This document shows, piece by piece, positions 37,734 to 46,706 of a DNA stretch of 49,109 bases. This stretch comes from an uncultured SAR324 cluster bacterium. Its GTDB lineage: Bacteria > SAR324 > NAC60-12. Position 1 is the first letter of the stretch. The number at the start of each line of letters is the position of its first letter. The notes beneath the pieces are model-generated. The model was not told where the DNA came from. It searched no databases and was given only the letters and a program-made list of their open reading frames with translations. The translations under genes and the position numbers were made by a program. The stretch is taken from NCBI GenBank assembly GCA_902564345.1, contig CACFAY010000006.1, positions 1 through 49,109 on the forward strand, given 5' to 3'.

Positions 37734-38453
37734 TCATTCATCCAAATTATTTCTTATTTCTGAAAGCCTTCTTATTTGTTCACCTTTTGAGTTAAAATTT
37801 TCTGGACTAAGCCATTTTTCAAAAGAATTTTTTAGAACGGGCCAGTTTTTGTCTATGACAGAATACCATGCTGTATCACGATTTCTTCCCTTATATACAA
37901 GTGCCTGTCTGAATATTCCTTCATAGGTAAACCCCAGCCTCAATGCGGTATTTCTCGAAGCAGCATTAAGAGAGTCACATTTCCATTCACACCGGCGGTA
38001 ACCAAGCTCATCAAAAATACGGCGCATCATCAAATACATTGCTTCAGTAGCAATGGTTGTTTTTTTCAATAATTGTGAAAAATGAATCTTTCCAAGTTCT
38101 ATAACCCCATTAGCTGGCTGAATCCTAAGGTATGCGCATATTCCTGTTGGCTTTTCTGTCTTTAAGTCTATGATTGCGAAGTAAACAGGATCATTCTCAT
38201 TACTGACATGCTTTATCCAAGATTCAAATACATCTAAGCTATCAAATGGGCCATACGACAAATAAGTCCATTCAGAGCCATCATTTTTTTCCAAAAAAGC
38301 GTTAAAAAGATCTTTTGTATGCTTTTCAGGTTCTAATGCCTCCACACGACACAAGTTGCCTGATACCATCGATCGTTGAGGCATTTGACAATCTTTCCAA
38401 TCAGGAACAGAAAATCCTACAGGCTGTTCAAATGAATTGTGGCAGTTCTCCAA
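37734..38453 (-). CDS. GNAT family N-acetyltransferase (RimJ/RimL type)
   Basis: WTYL.YGPF, GVIELG.I.FS, LGYRRCEWKCDSLN.AS...A.RLGF.YEG.FRQ...KGRNRDTAWYS. Confidence 0.9.
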   Translation of the reverse strand: MENCHNSFEQPVGFSVPDWKDCQMPQRSMVSGNLCRVEALEPEKHTKDLFNAFLEKNDGSEWTYLSYGPFDSLDVFESWIKHVSNENDPVYFAIIDLKTEKPTGICAYLRIQPANGVIELGKIHFSQLLKKTTIATEAMYLMMRRIFDELGYRRCEWKCDSLNAASRNTALRLGFTYEGIFRQALVYKGRNRDTAWYSVIDKNWPVLKNSFEKWLSPENFNSKGEQIRRLSEIRNNLDE

Positions 38454-38464
38454 TCTTTCCTAAA

Positions 38465-41368
38465 TTAACTTTTTAAACGTTCACCTTCGGGGTCATATGC
38501 TGCATGATCCAACACAGTGGCTTGCACATCTTCTCCATTAGCCAATCTTATGAAGAAATGGCTGCCTGTTTCCGACAGATCATTTCTGACCCAGGCTAGG
38601 CCAATTCCTCTTTTCAAGGTAGGACTTAGCCGTGAACTTGTTACACGTCCGGCAATTTTCCCATTATCCAGCACAGCAACGCCATCGTCTGGAATGGGAG
38701 CGTCTGTTTCAAGTTGGTAAGGTACAAGTTTGTTTTCAATACCGCGTTCCTTGAAATGCTTCAAGAACGCCTTGCCGACAAAATCATCCTTATCATCTTT
38801 AATAGCGAAACCTACTCCAGTTTCATATGGGCTGCTCAGGGCATCAGTATCAGTTCCCGGTAACAGGTGACCTTTTTCCAAACGCAAAATACGCTGTGTT
38901 TCAACTCCAAAAGGCTTTAAATCAAACTCTTCTCCTTCAGCTAACAGATAATTCCACATAGATTCACCATATTCAGCAGGGAAATGAATTTCATACCCCA
39001 GTTCTCCGGTGAAGCCAATCCTATAGAATGAAACAGGTACATCTGCAATTTTAGTCTTTCGGCAATGCATGTAGGGAAAATCTTCGTTTGACATGTCGAT
39101 ATCAACAAGTTTCTGCAGAAAATCTCTGGCTGTCGTTCCTGTTACATTCACAGCTGCATTTGTTAGGCTGAGATTCCTGACCTGCACATCAAAATCTTCC
39201 ACCAGCAGCCACCATTGAAAAAGTGAATTTATTGCATCTTGGTTCCCTGTAGTAGTGGTAAGGTAGTAAATCCCATTTTCAATATGAGAAATAGTTCCGT
39301 CCTCAAACAGGATACCGTCTTCTCCAATCATTATAGAGTAACGCGTACGCCCTAACTCAAATTTTGCATATTTCCCTGGAAGTAAAAAATGTAGAAACTT
39401 TATTGCTTCCGGTCCGCTTATTTCAATTTTTCCAAGTGTACTAACATCAATCATTCCTAATCCATTACGAATAAATCCTGCTTCTATTTGGGGTGCAGTG
39501 TATGAATCAGGACGTTTCCATTGGCCAGCATCAAGAAATTTTACTCCTAGATCAATGTGACAGTGATGTAGTGGAGTACGCCTAATTGGAGACAGATGAG
39601 GTGCTCGTCCGGCAAGCAAACCAAATGTAGCTCCAGTGAAAGGAGGACGAACTGTGGTCACGACAGCATCCAGTTTAGAAAGTCCTGTGTCCTGAGCCGC
39701 AAGGCGAGCTACTGCCTCATGGCAGGCCTTACCCTGGCATGGCCCCATGCCCATGCTTGAGTAACGTTTTAGAGATTCTACTTGGTCATATCCCTCATCG
39801 ATGGATGCTTGTGCTTCAGTCCTTGTAACATCCATGCATTTGCATATAAAATGATGTGTTCCACCAGATTCAATATCTGCAGGCAGAGCAGTTATTATTT
39901 CTTCTGCAGTCCTTTCAGTCTTAACAGTATATACTTTCCCGGGAGATATTTTAGTTAAAGCAGCATCTTTTCCGGACTGAAATCCTTCTGCATATAAATG
40001 AGCAAACCCTGCTGATCCATGCACTTCTCCTGCAGAAAATACTCCAGAAGGTAATTCGGAAACACGCAAAATTTGGCGCTCAGCATCCCACTTTGGAGGC
40101 TTGTTTCCCATTGAGAGTAGGTTTATCTGTGGTTTAAAACCCACAGCCATTATAAGCAAATCACAGTCAAATGATTTTATCGAATTACCTCCGGAAAGTG
40201 GACCCACCTCTACACTTTCAATTCTTTTTCTGCCATTTGCAACATGAGCAGTAAGTCCCTTATAGACAGGAATTGCAAGCTCGCGTATTTTCTTTTCGAA
40301 AACTCCTTCATTATTTCCATCTTCACGTCCATCAACCACCGCTATAATTTTTGCTCCGGCACCATGCATAAGAAGTGCGGTATGAAACCCGCCATCATGA
40401 GTTGTAACCACAACCACATTTTCACCTGGTAGAACCGCATGACGCATGATCAGTCTTTCAACTCCGCGGGCAGTCATAATTCCAGGACGATCATTATTTT
40501 CAAAAACCAGATGCCTATCAGTCGCACCAGGCGCAAGAATAACTGAATCAGCCCTGATCTTGAACAAATCATGTCCACATTGTGCTGCAATCAAATTATC
40601 TTCATAAAGCCCAAACACATTTGAGTTTACTAATACTTCCAGGTTCGAAAATTCTGTAAGCTCATCAATTAATTTTTGAATGGCCTGATACTCTGGTAAA
40701 CCGTTGAGATTTAAATTTTCGCAATTGTCAACCTGTGCAATACTGTGAATTGAATGACCTCCAAGCACTGAGTTGTCATCCAGTAAAAGAACATGTTTCC
40801 CCTCCTGAACGGCAGCAAGAGTTGCTGCCAAACCCGACGGGCCAGCTCCAACAATGCACACATCAGGAAAACGGTATCTTTTTTCGTATCTTCTTTCAGC
40901 GTTTCTATCTTCAGTGTCTATTCTGCCAAGTCCTGCGGCCTTGCGGATTTGCTTCTCTGCAATGGGCCACATCCATTTTGGTTTGTGAAACATTTTATAG
41001 TAAAAACCGTTTGGAAGCATTGGAACGATTGTGTCATTTATTTCTCCAATATCGAACTCCAATGAAGGCCAGGCATTTTGCGATTTGACACTCATACCGT
41101 TTTGTACGAGTATTCGGTCAGCCAGCAGGTTTGGTTCATGATTGGCCGTAACCAATGATTCATGTCCTTGGCCGTATATGTCATAAGCACCCCGAGGTCT
41201 GTGATACTTGAAGCTTCGTGACAGTAGTGTTCGTCCTGATGCAATCAATGCAGAAGTAATAGTGTCAGTTGTATACGCCTGAATGCGTTTGCCGTTAAAC
41301 TTGAATGATAATTCCTTTCCTAAATCAGGAAGCTCGCAGTATTGATGAGTATCGATCCTATTTTTCAT
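38465..41368 (-). CDS. soxA: Sarcosine oxidase alpha / MgdC-like subunit (NAD-binding + BFD-like + GcvT domains)
   Basis: LLSRSFKYHRPRG, FYYKMF, VGAGPSG, FENNDRPGIM, LKRY..MGMGPCQGK, DVSTLGKI, GFTGELGYE, LRLEKGH, YDPEGER. Confidence 0.88.
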   Translation of the reverse strand: MKNRIDTHQYCELPDLGKELSFKFNGKRIQAYTTDTITSALIASGRTLLSRSFKYHRPRGAYDIYGQGHESLVTANHEPNLLADRILVQNGMSVKSQNAWPSLEFDIGEINDTIVPMLPNGFYYKMFHKPKWMWPIAEKQIRKAAGLGRIDTEDRNAERRYEKRYRFPDVCIVGAGPSGLAATLAAVQEGKHVLLLDDNSVLGGHSIHSIAQVDNCENLNLNGLPEYQAIQKLIDELTEFSNLEVLVNSNVFGLYEDNLIAAQCGHDLFKIRADSVILAPGATDRHLVFENNDRPGIMTARGVERLIMRHAVLPGENVVVVTTHDGGFHTALLMHGAGAKIIAVVDGREDGNNEGVFEKKIRELAIPVYKGLTAHVANGRKRIESVEVGPLSGGNSIKSFDCDLLIMAVGFKPQINLLSMGNKPPKWDAERQILRVSELPSGVFSAGEVHGSAGFAHLYAEGFQSGKDAALTKISPGKVYTVKTERTAEEIITALPADIESGGTHHFICKCMDVTRTEAQASIDEGYDQVESLKRYSSMGMGPCQGKACHEAVARLAAQDTGLSKLDAVVTTVRPPFTGATFGLLAGRAPHLSPIRRTPLHHCHIDLGVKFLDAGQWKRPDSYTAPQIEAGFIRNGLGMIDVSTLGKIEISGPEAIKFLHFLLPGKYAKFELGRTRYSIMIGEDGILFEDGTISHIENGIYYLTTTTGNQDAINSLFQWWLLVEDFDVQVRNLSLTNAAVNVTGTTARDFLQKLVDIDMSNEDFPYMHCRKTKIADVPVSFYRIGFTGELGYEIHFPAEYGESMWNYLLAEGEEFDLKPFGVETQRILRLEKGHLLPGTDTDALSSPYETGVGFAIKDDKDDFVGKAFLKHFKERGIENKLVPYQLETDAPIPDDGVAVLDNGKIAGRVTSSRLSPTLKRGIGLAWVRNDLSETGSHFFIRLANGEDVQATVLDHAAYDPEGERLKS

Positions 41369-41658
41369 CTGGAGTCCCCTTCATTTTTAGAAGAATTATT
41401 ATCCAGCTCATGATACCAAAAGCTTTTATGGTCAGTATTATTTGTGGTGTCACGTTCTGCTAAAAACCAGCTTTGACAACCGTTTCGGTGATACCACCAT
41501 TCGGTTTGAGGCCCCATTTTGTTTTTACGGAAATAGACATAATCTACCCAAACTGAAAAATCAGCATCTGGGGCAGGACGTTTCAAATATTCACTCCTGA
41601 AAGTAAATTCGCTTACAGCTCGTTTCCCACAATTTGGGCATTTTAATTGATAACTCAT
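41365..41658 (-). CDS. soxD: Sarcosine oxidase delta subunit
   Basis: CPNCG.R...EF, W.DYVY.R.N, EWW.H..GC..WF..ERDT (Cys2-His-Cys Zn site); overlaps the alpha start by 4 nt. Confidence 0.88.
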   Translation of the reverse strand: MSYQLKCPNCGKRAVSEFTFRSEYLKRPAPDADFSVWVDYVYFRKNKMGPQTEWWYHRNGCQSWFLAERDTTNNTDHKSFWYHELDNNSSKNEGDSR

Positions 41659-41734
41659 AGTTATTTAATAAGAAAAATTTCTGTTATTTGATGTGCTTTC
41701 CCATTATTTTAGCTTAATTTTATTACTCTATTTT

Positions 41735-43048
41735 TCATCCATTTACAGAAAAACTGCTGTTAGGATTAATTTCACGATTGCGTGAGTAGAATCCCATGTT
41801 TAGTTCCAGTCCTGTATAGACAGTTTTTACTTTGACAGGATTTGTATCATGATCTTGTCCATTTTCACATGCGTTTATTAGTTCAGCCATGCAGTGCCCT
41901 GCAACGGGGGCGTTTTTAAATTGGTTACCGCTGGAACCGATTGCCATATAAAAACCCTTGAGCGCAGACTTATCATAAATTGGTAACCAATCGTCTGAAA
42001 CATCATATAAATCCACCACACCACTTGTTCGTGAGGGGATTTTTAGTTGTGGTATTCTTTTGGCACAACGGTAAACTTGGGCTTTCCATTGCGATTCTGT
42101 AACCTGCTGGTTATAGTTATCAGGATCAGAAATCCATTCTTTTGGATCACATAATGGGTCTTCACTGCCAATTAGGATTGTATTGCCTGTTTCCGGACGA
42201 AAGTATATTCCGTTGTCACCGTCAGAGGTATGGAATCCATCTTTTTCAAAATCATATCCCTCTGGAGATGGTACATGATGTACCTCATGTCTTAAGGCTC
42301 TTGTTTTAATATTCATGTCTCTCTCAACATCAGCCATTCTGTTGATTACAAAAGAATGAGGTCCCGCAACATTAACGACAATCGGTGAGTCAATTTGTTC
42401 ACCTGTTTTTAAAGTCACACCCTCGATCTTTCCATTTTGCTGCCTAATTTCTGTGATTTCACTATTAAATATAAAGTCACCACCGTTTGCCTCTGCTGCG
42501 ACCTGCAAATTGTGGGAAGTCAGCTGGGGATCACTTACATATCCTGATCCTGGAGTGTAAACGGCACCTTCTATTTTTTTCCCAGTCTTATCCCAAAAGT
42601 GATCATCTTCATCTGGTCGAGTTGTGCCGTCGTATTGATCATGGGAATAAATGGGAATCATTTCTTTGAGTTTTTCGAGATCCCATATTTCGTGTTCAAC
42701 TCCAATTTCTTTAAATAGTTTTAGGCATTTACTACTATGATCTTCGCCTTCAAGTTTAAATAAAATGGAACCAGTTTTCATATATTTTATCATCCCGCGA
42801 TCGTCCTTCACTCCGATATAATCATCCCAGTCATCCCAGTAAAAAAAACCCTCGTAAGCCATTGCTACACCATCCCATGTAGAGTAATGTGCCCTGACGA
42901 TAGCACATGAATTACTAGTTGATCCATATCCTGAAGTTGGAAGTTTATCTATGTTTAATGTTTTGTATCCACGTTTTGCTAATTCGAAGGCAACTGAGGA
43001 GCCAATTACTCCTGCCCCGACAATTATGGCGTCTGCGGTTCTATTCAT
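41735..43048 (-). CDS. FAD-dependent oxidoreductase, DAO/sarcosine oxidase-like, substrate unknown
   Basis: IVGAGVIG, GSTSNSCAIVR, VVNVAGPHS, YFRPE, LYDVSDDWLPI, GSSGNQFK.AP. Confidence 0.85.
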   Translation of the reverse strand: MNRTADAIIVGAGVIGSSVAFELAKRGYKTLNIDKLPTSGYGSTSNSCAIVRAHYSTWDGVAMAYEGFFYWDDWDDYIGVKDDRGMIKYMKTGSILFKLEGEDHSSKCLKLFKEIGVEHEIWDLEKLKEMIPIYSHDQYDGTTRPDEDDHFWDKTGKKIEGAVYTPGSGYVSDPQLTSHNLQVAAEANGGDFIFNSEITEIRQQNGKIEGVTLKTGEQIDSPIVVNVAGPHSFVINRMADVERDMNIKTRALRHEVHHVPSPEGYDFEKDGFHTSDGDNGIYFRPETGNTILIGSEDPLCDPKEWISDPDNYNQQVTESQWKAQVYRCAKRIPQLKIPSRTSGVVDLYDVSDDWLPIYDKSALKGFYMAIGSSGNQFKNAPVAGHCMAELINACENGQDHDTNPVKVKTVYTGLELNMGFYSRNREINPNSSFSVNG

Positions 43049-43085
43049 ATCTTTCCTTCTTGTTTATTATGACCTTAATAAATAA

Positions 43086-43580
43086 TTATTTTACAGGAAC
43101 TTCTACAAGCCTCAAAGTATGCCCAGTATTTTCAAGGAATTGCATTATTCCATCACGAGGAATGGCTAAAGTACACGTATTCACTAATGGATGACAAAGA
43201 ATTGTTTCTGAATTCCAAAGTTCATTGTCAACAAATACCTCTACTTTTTTTTTTTGATCATTTACTAATGCTAATATACTTACTGAACCAGGTTCTATTC
43301 CCAAATATTTTTTCATGCGATCTGGTGACGCGAAACTCAATCGAGATGCTTCCAGTATGGAAGAAAGTTCTTTTAAATCCACCTGCTTATCTTGAGGTAC
43401 GATTACCAGAAAATGTCTAATTCCTTTTTTATCTCTTAAAAACAGATTTTTAGTTGACGCTCCATCCATTTTCGGTGAAAGCTTTTTTGCTTCACTTACT
43501 GTATAAACGGCAGGGTGATCGAAACGTTCATATGAGACCTCAATTGTATCAAGAAATTCGTAAATATCAGTCAATTTCAA
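43086..43580 (-). CDS. YbaK/ProX family aminoacyl-tRNA deacylase (ProXp-ala type)
   Basis: HPAVYTV.EA, TKNLFLRDKK, RLSFAS, LGIEPGSVS.LAL.ND, HPLVNT. Confidence 0.88.
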   Translation of the reverse strand: MKLTDIYEFLDTIEVSYERFDHPAVYTVSEAKKLSPKMDGASTKNLFLRDKKGIRHFLVIVPQDKQVDLKELSSILEASRLSFASPDRMKKYLGIEPGSVSILALVNDQKKKVEVFVDNELWNSETILCHPLVNTCTLAIPRDGIMQFLENTGHTLRLVEVPVK

Positions 43581-43594
43581 TTACTTAATTAATT

Positions 43595-43975
43595 TTAATT
43601 TTTTCTAGAATCCCAGACTATCTCAACTTCCACGTGATCTAGTATCCCTTGAATCGGTACAGACGGCTTTCTGATTCTAACTAAAATCATTTCAAGAGGA
43701 TATCTATGCCTCATTTCCTCAATGATTCTATTCCCAAGAGTTTCAATCAAATTAAACGATTGCTCTGAACTTACCCTGCTTACAATTTTGTGAGCATTTA
43801 CATAGGAAATTGTAGTGTTTTCTTCATCTACCCATGGATCAGGAGGATCCTTAAGCATATATTCTAGATCTATTTCAAAACGCTGACCCAGAGTTTTTTC
43901 TTCCTGATGTACTCCGTGAAATCCGTATACAACTATGTTTTGTAGGCGAATTGTATATTTTTTATTACTTTCCAA
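43595..43975 (-). CDS. folB: Dihydroneopterin aldolase
   Basis: YGFHGV..EEKTLGQRF.ID, TISY, FNLIETL, RIRKP..PI.G....VEVE. Confidence 0.88.
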   Translation of the reverse strand: MESNKKYTIRLQNIVVYGFHGVHQEEKTLGQRFEIDLEYMLKDPPDPWVDEENTTISYVNAHKIVSRVSSEQSFNLIETLGNRIIEEMRHRYPLEMILVRIRKPSVPIQGILDHVEVEIVWDSRKN

Positions 43976-44025
43976 AGTAATTTTTTTTTACTTTAAAATA
44001 TTTCATATTTCATAAAAAAGACAAT

Positions 44026-45747
44026 TCATGACAACCCAGTTATTCTCCCCTCGGAGTCAATGTCAATTCTTTGTACTGCGGATTGTTTTGGCATTCCCGG
44101 CATTAGCATCATTTTCCCAGTGAGAACAACAATAAATCCTGCTCCATTAGAAACTTTCACATCCCTGACCTGTAAGCGCCAGCCAGTTGGAGCATTTCGT
44201 TTTTTTGGATCATCTGAAAGAGATGCCTGGGTTTTGGCCATGCAAATTGGCCAGTTGGCCAGCCCGTTTTCTTGTAAACGGATTATTGAAGCATCTGCTT
44301 CTTCTGTATAGTCAACCCCATCTGCTCGGTATATTTCCCGTGCAACGGTTTGAATTTTATCCTTTATAGTGTCAGTATCGTCATAATAATAATTAGGTGC
44401 ACCAGGACTTTCATCAACAACACGTTTTATTTTTTTTGCCAAGTCCATACCACCTTCACTCCCTTTTGCGACTACTTCGCTGAGAGAACATTCTACACCT
44501 ATTTCCTCGCAATAATGTCGAACTGTATCGAGTTCTGCAGGCGTGTCGGAAGGGAATCTATTAATTGCCACAATTACAGGTAGTCCGTATTTTTGAACAT
44601 TTTCTGCGTGAGTTCTTAAATTTTCACAGCCTGTTTTAAGTGCCTCAAGATTTTCTGTATTCAAATTATCTTTCTCAACACCTCCGTGATATTTAAGCGC
44701 CCTCACTGTTGCAACCAATACACAAGCATTTGGGTTTAGACCAGCCTGGCGGCACTTTATGTTTACAAATTTTTCTGCACCTAGATCTGCTGCAAAACCA
44801 GCTTCTGTAACAACGTATGGTGCTAGTTTAAGAGACAATCTTGTAGCTCTTACGCTGTTTGAACCGTGGGCTATATTTCCAAATGGACCACAATGAACAA
44901 AAACTGGTGTATGCTCACAGGTTTGAACAAGATTTGGCTTCAACACGTCTTTCAGAATTACGCACATTGATCCTATACAGTCTAACTCGCGTGCAAAAAC
45001 AGGTTCCCCGGAATTGTTGTAGGCAACTACTATTCTACCAAGCCGTTCTCGTAAATCATCCATGTCTAGAGCAAGTGCTACAATTGTCATAATTTCCGAT
45101 GCCGCTACAATATCAAATCCGGTTTTGTGAGGAAAACCATCAAACTTTGATCCTAGTCCAATTTCTCCGTTACGAAGCTGTCTGTCACATAAATCAATTG
45201 TACGTCTCCAGGTTACTTTTTCATAGTCAATTTTTAATGGATTATCAAAATGCATGGAATTATCTAGCACAGCAGACAAAAGATTGTGGGCAGCAGCTAT
45301 TGCATGTAAGTCACCTGTAAAATGCATGTTGATGTCTTCCATTGGAAGAACCTGGGAATAACCTCCGCCAGCGGCACCTCCTTTTATCCCAAATGTTGGC
45401 CCCATACTTGGTTCACGCAGAGCCAATGCGTGCTTGATTCCGAGCTTTCCAAATGCCTGAGCCAAACCTATAGAAGTGCAGGTCTTTCCCTCTCCAGCTG
45501 GTGTAGGTGTGATTGCTGTAACTAAAATTAATTTCCCGTCTGGATTATCTTTAACTTGTTCCCAGACACTGTTTTCAATTTTTGCTTTAAATTTTCCATA
45601 CAGTTCAAGTCCATCAATTTCAATATTTAGCATTGAAGCAATTTCTGGAATTTTTTTCATTGATGCATTCTGAGAAATTTCAATATCAGAAGGAATACTT
45701 GGCATCTTTGGATATTGGGATTCTAAATCTGATTCGGAAGGTTTCAT
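44026..45747 (-). CDS. fhs: Formate-tetrahydrofolate ligase
   Basis: TAITPTPAGEGKT, KGGAAGGGYSQV, HFTGD, GPFGNIAHG, TEAGFAADLGAEKF, CMAKTQ.SLSD, MPGMPK. Confidence 0.96.
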   Translation of the reverse strand: MKPSESDLESQYPKMPSIPSDIEISQNASMKKIPEIASMLNIEIDGLELYGKFKAKIENSVWEQVKDNPDGKLILVTAITPTPAGEGKTCTSIGLAQAFGKLGIKHALALREPSMGPTFGIKGGAAGGGYSQVLPMEDINMHFTGDLHAIAAAHNLLSAVLDNSMHFDNPLKIDYEKVTWRRTIDLCDRQLRNGEIGLGSKFDGFPHKTGFDIVAASEIMTIVALALDMDDLRERLGRIVVAYNNSGEPVFARELDCIGSMCVILKDVLKPNLVQTCEHTPVFVHCGPFGNIAHGSNSVRATRLSLKLAPYVVTEAGFAADLGAEKFVNIKCRQAGLNPNACVLVATVRALKYHGGVEKDNLNTENLEALKTGCENLRTHAENVQKYGLPVIVAINRFPSDTPAELDTVRHYCEEIGVECSLSEVVAKGSEGGMDLAKKIKRVVDESPGAPNYYYDDTDTIKDKIQTVAREIYRADGVDYTEEADASIIRLQENGLANWPICMAKTQASLSDDPKKRNAPTGWRLQVRDVKVSNGAGFIVVLTGKMMLMPGMPKQSAVQRIDIDSEGRITGLS

Positions 45748-45813
45748 TTGATTAAAATGTTTTTGGTTAAATTATTGTTATTTAATCTTACTGGTATAAC
45801 TAATCGATTAGGT

Positions 45814-46683
45814 TTAGTGAACTGGCATTTTTTTACCAATGGCAACGATGGTAACTACCAATACTGCAAATATTATTGTTTGTAAGTTTACTGTCTCGTT
45901 GATTAAAAAAGCAGAGGCAAGTAGAGTTACAAAAGGTTGCATTAACTGTGTCTGGCTTACTCGGGCGATCCCACCTAAGGCCAGACCTTTGTTCCAAAGG
46001 AAAAAACCAAATAACTGACTGACTAAAGCCAAATATAAAAAACTTAGAAGAACATTTAGCGGAAGATTGCTGAAATCCTCTTCTGGTGCTTTCATCCATG
46101 CAGGAAAAATTATAAATGGGAATGAAATCACAAGTGCCCAACAAATTACCTGCCAACCTCCTAATTCCCTTGAGAGTTTACCTCCAAGTGCATATCCCAA
46201 TCCAGCACTTAAAATTGCTCCAATTAGTAACAAGTCTCCCAATTGGAAAGAACCAAATCCCTGCAAAAGCGAATATGTAACAACTACTATACTTCCAATC
46301 AGGCTAAAAATCCAGAAACCTACCGAAGGCTTTTCCTTGGAAACTATAACTGCTGAAGCTGCAGTTGCTAATGGTAAAACTCCTAGAACTACGCCTCCAT
46401 GTGATGCTGGTACTGTTTCCATTGCCCATGCTGTTAAGATAGGGAATCCTAAAACAACCCCTAATGCAACAACTGATAGTTGCATTAACTGATGCCTATT
46501 TGGTTTAGATTGTTTTGTAGCAATCAAAATAAATGCGGCTACAGCTGAAGCAATTACCGCTCGACCCAATCCTATGAATATAGGATCAAAATAAGGTACC
46601 ACAAATTTTGTGGCTGGAAGTGTTAACCCAAATGCGACAACTCCTAAAAAGCCAAGGATCATTCCTTTTGGTTCATTACTCAT
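45814..46683 (-). CDS. DMT/EamA family transporter
   Basis: About 10 TM, FGLTLPAT, VVLGFP, GGWQVICWAL, WNKGLALGGIARVSQ.QL.QPF. Confidence 0.88.
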   Translation of the reverse strand: MSNEPKGMILGFLGVVAFGLTLPATKFVVPYFDPIFIGLGRAVIASAVAAFILIATKQSKPNRHQLMQLSVVALGVVLGFPILTAWAMETVPASHGGVVLGVLPLATAASAVIVSKEKPSVGFWIFSLIGSIVVVTYSLLQGFGSFQLGDLLLIGAILSAGLGYALGGKLSRELGGWQVICWALVISFPFIIFPAWMKAPEEDFSNLPLNVLLSFLYLALVSQLFGFFLWNKGLALGGIARVSQTQLMQPFVTLLASAFLINETVNLQTIIFAVLVVTIVAIGKKMPVH

Positions 46684-46706
46684 TTTTCTGGGATTTTACT
46701 TTAGGA

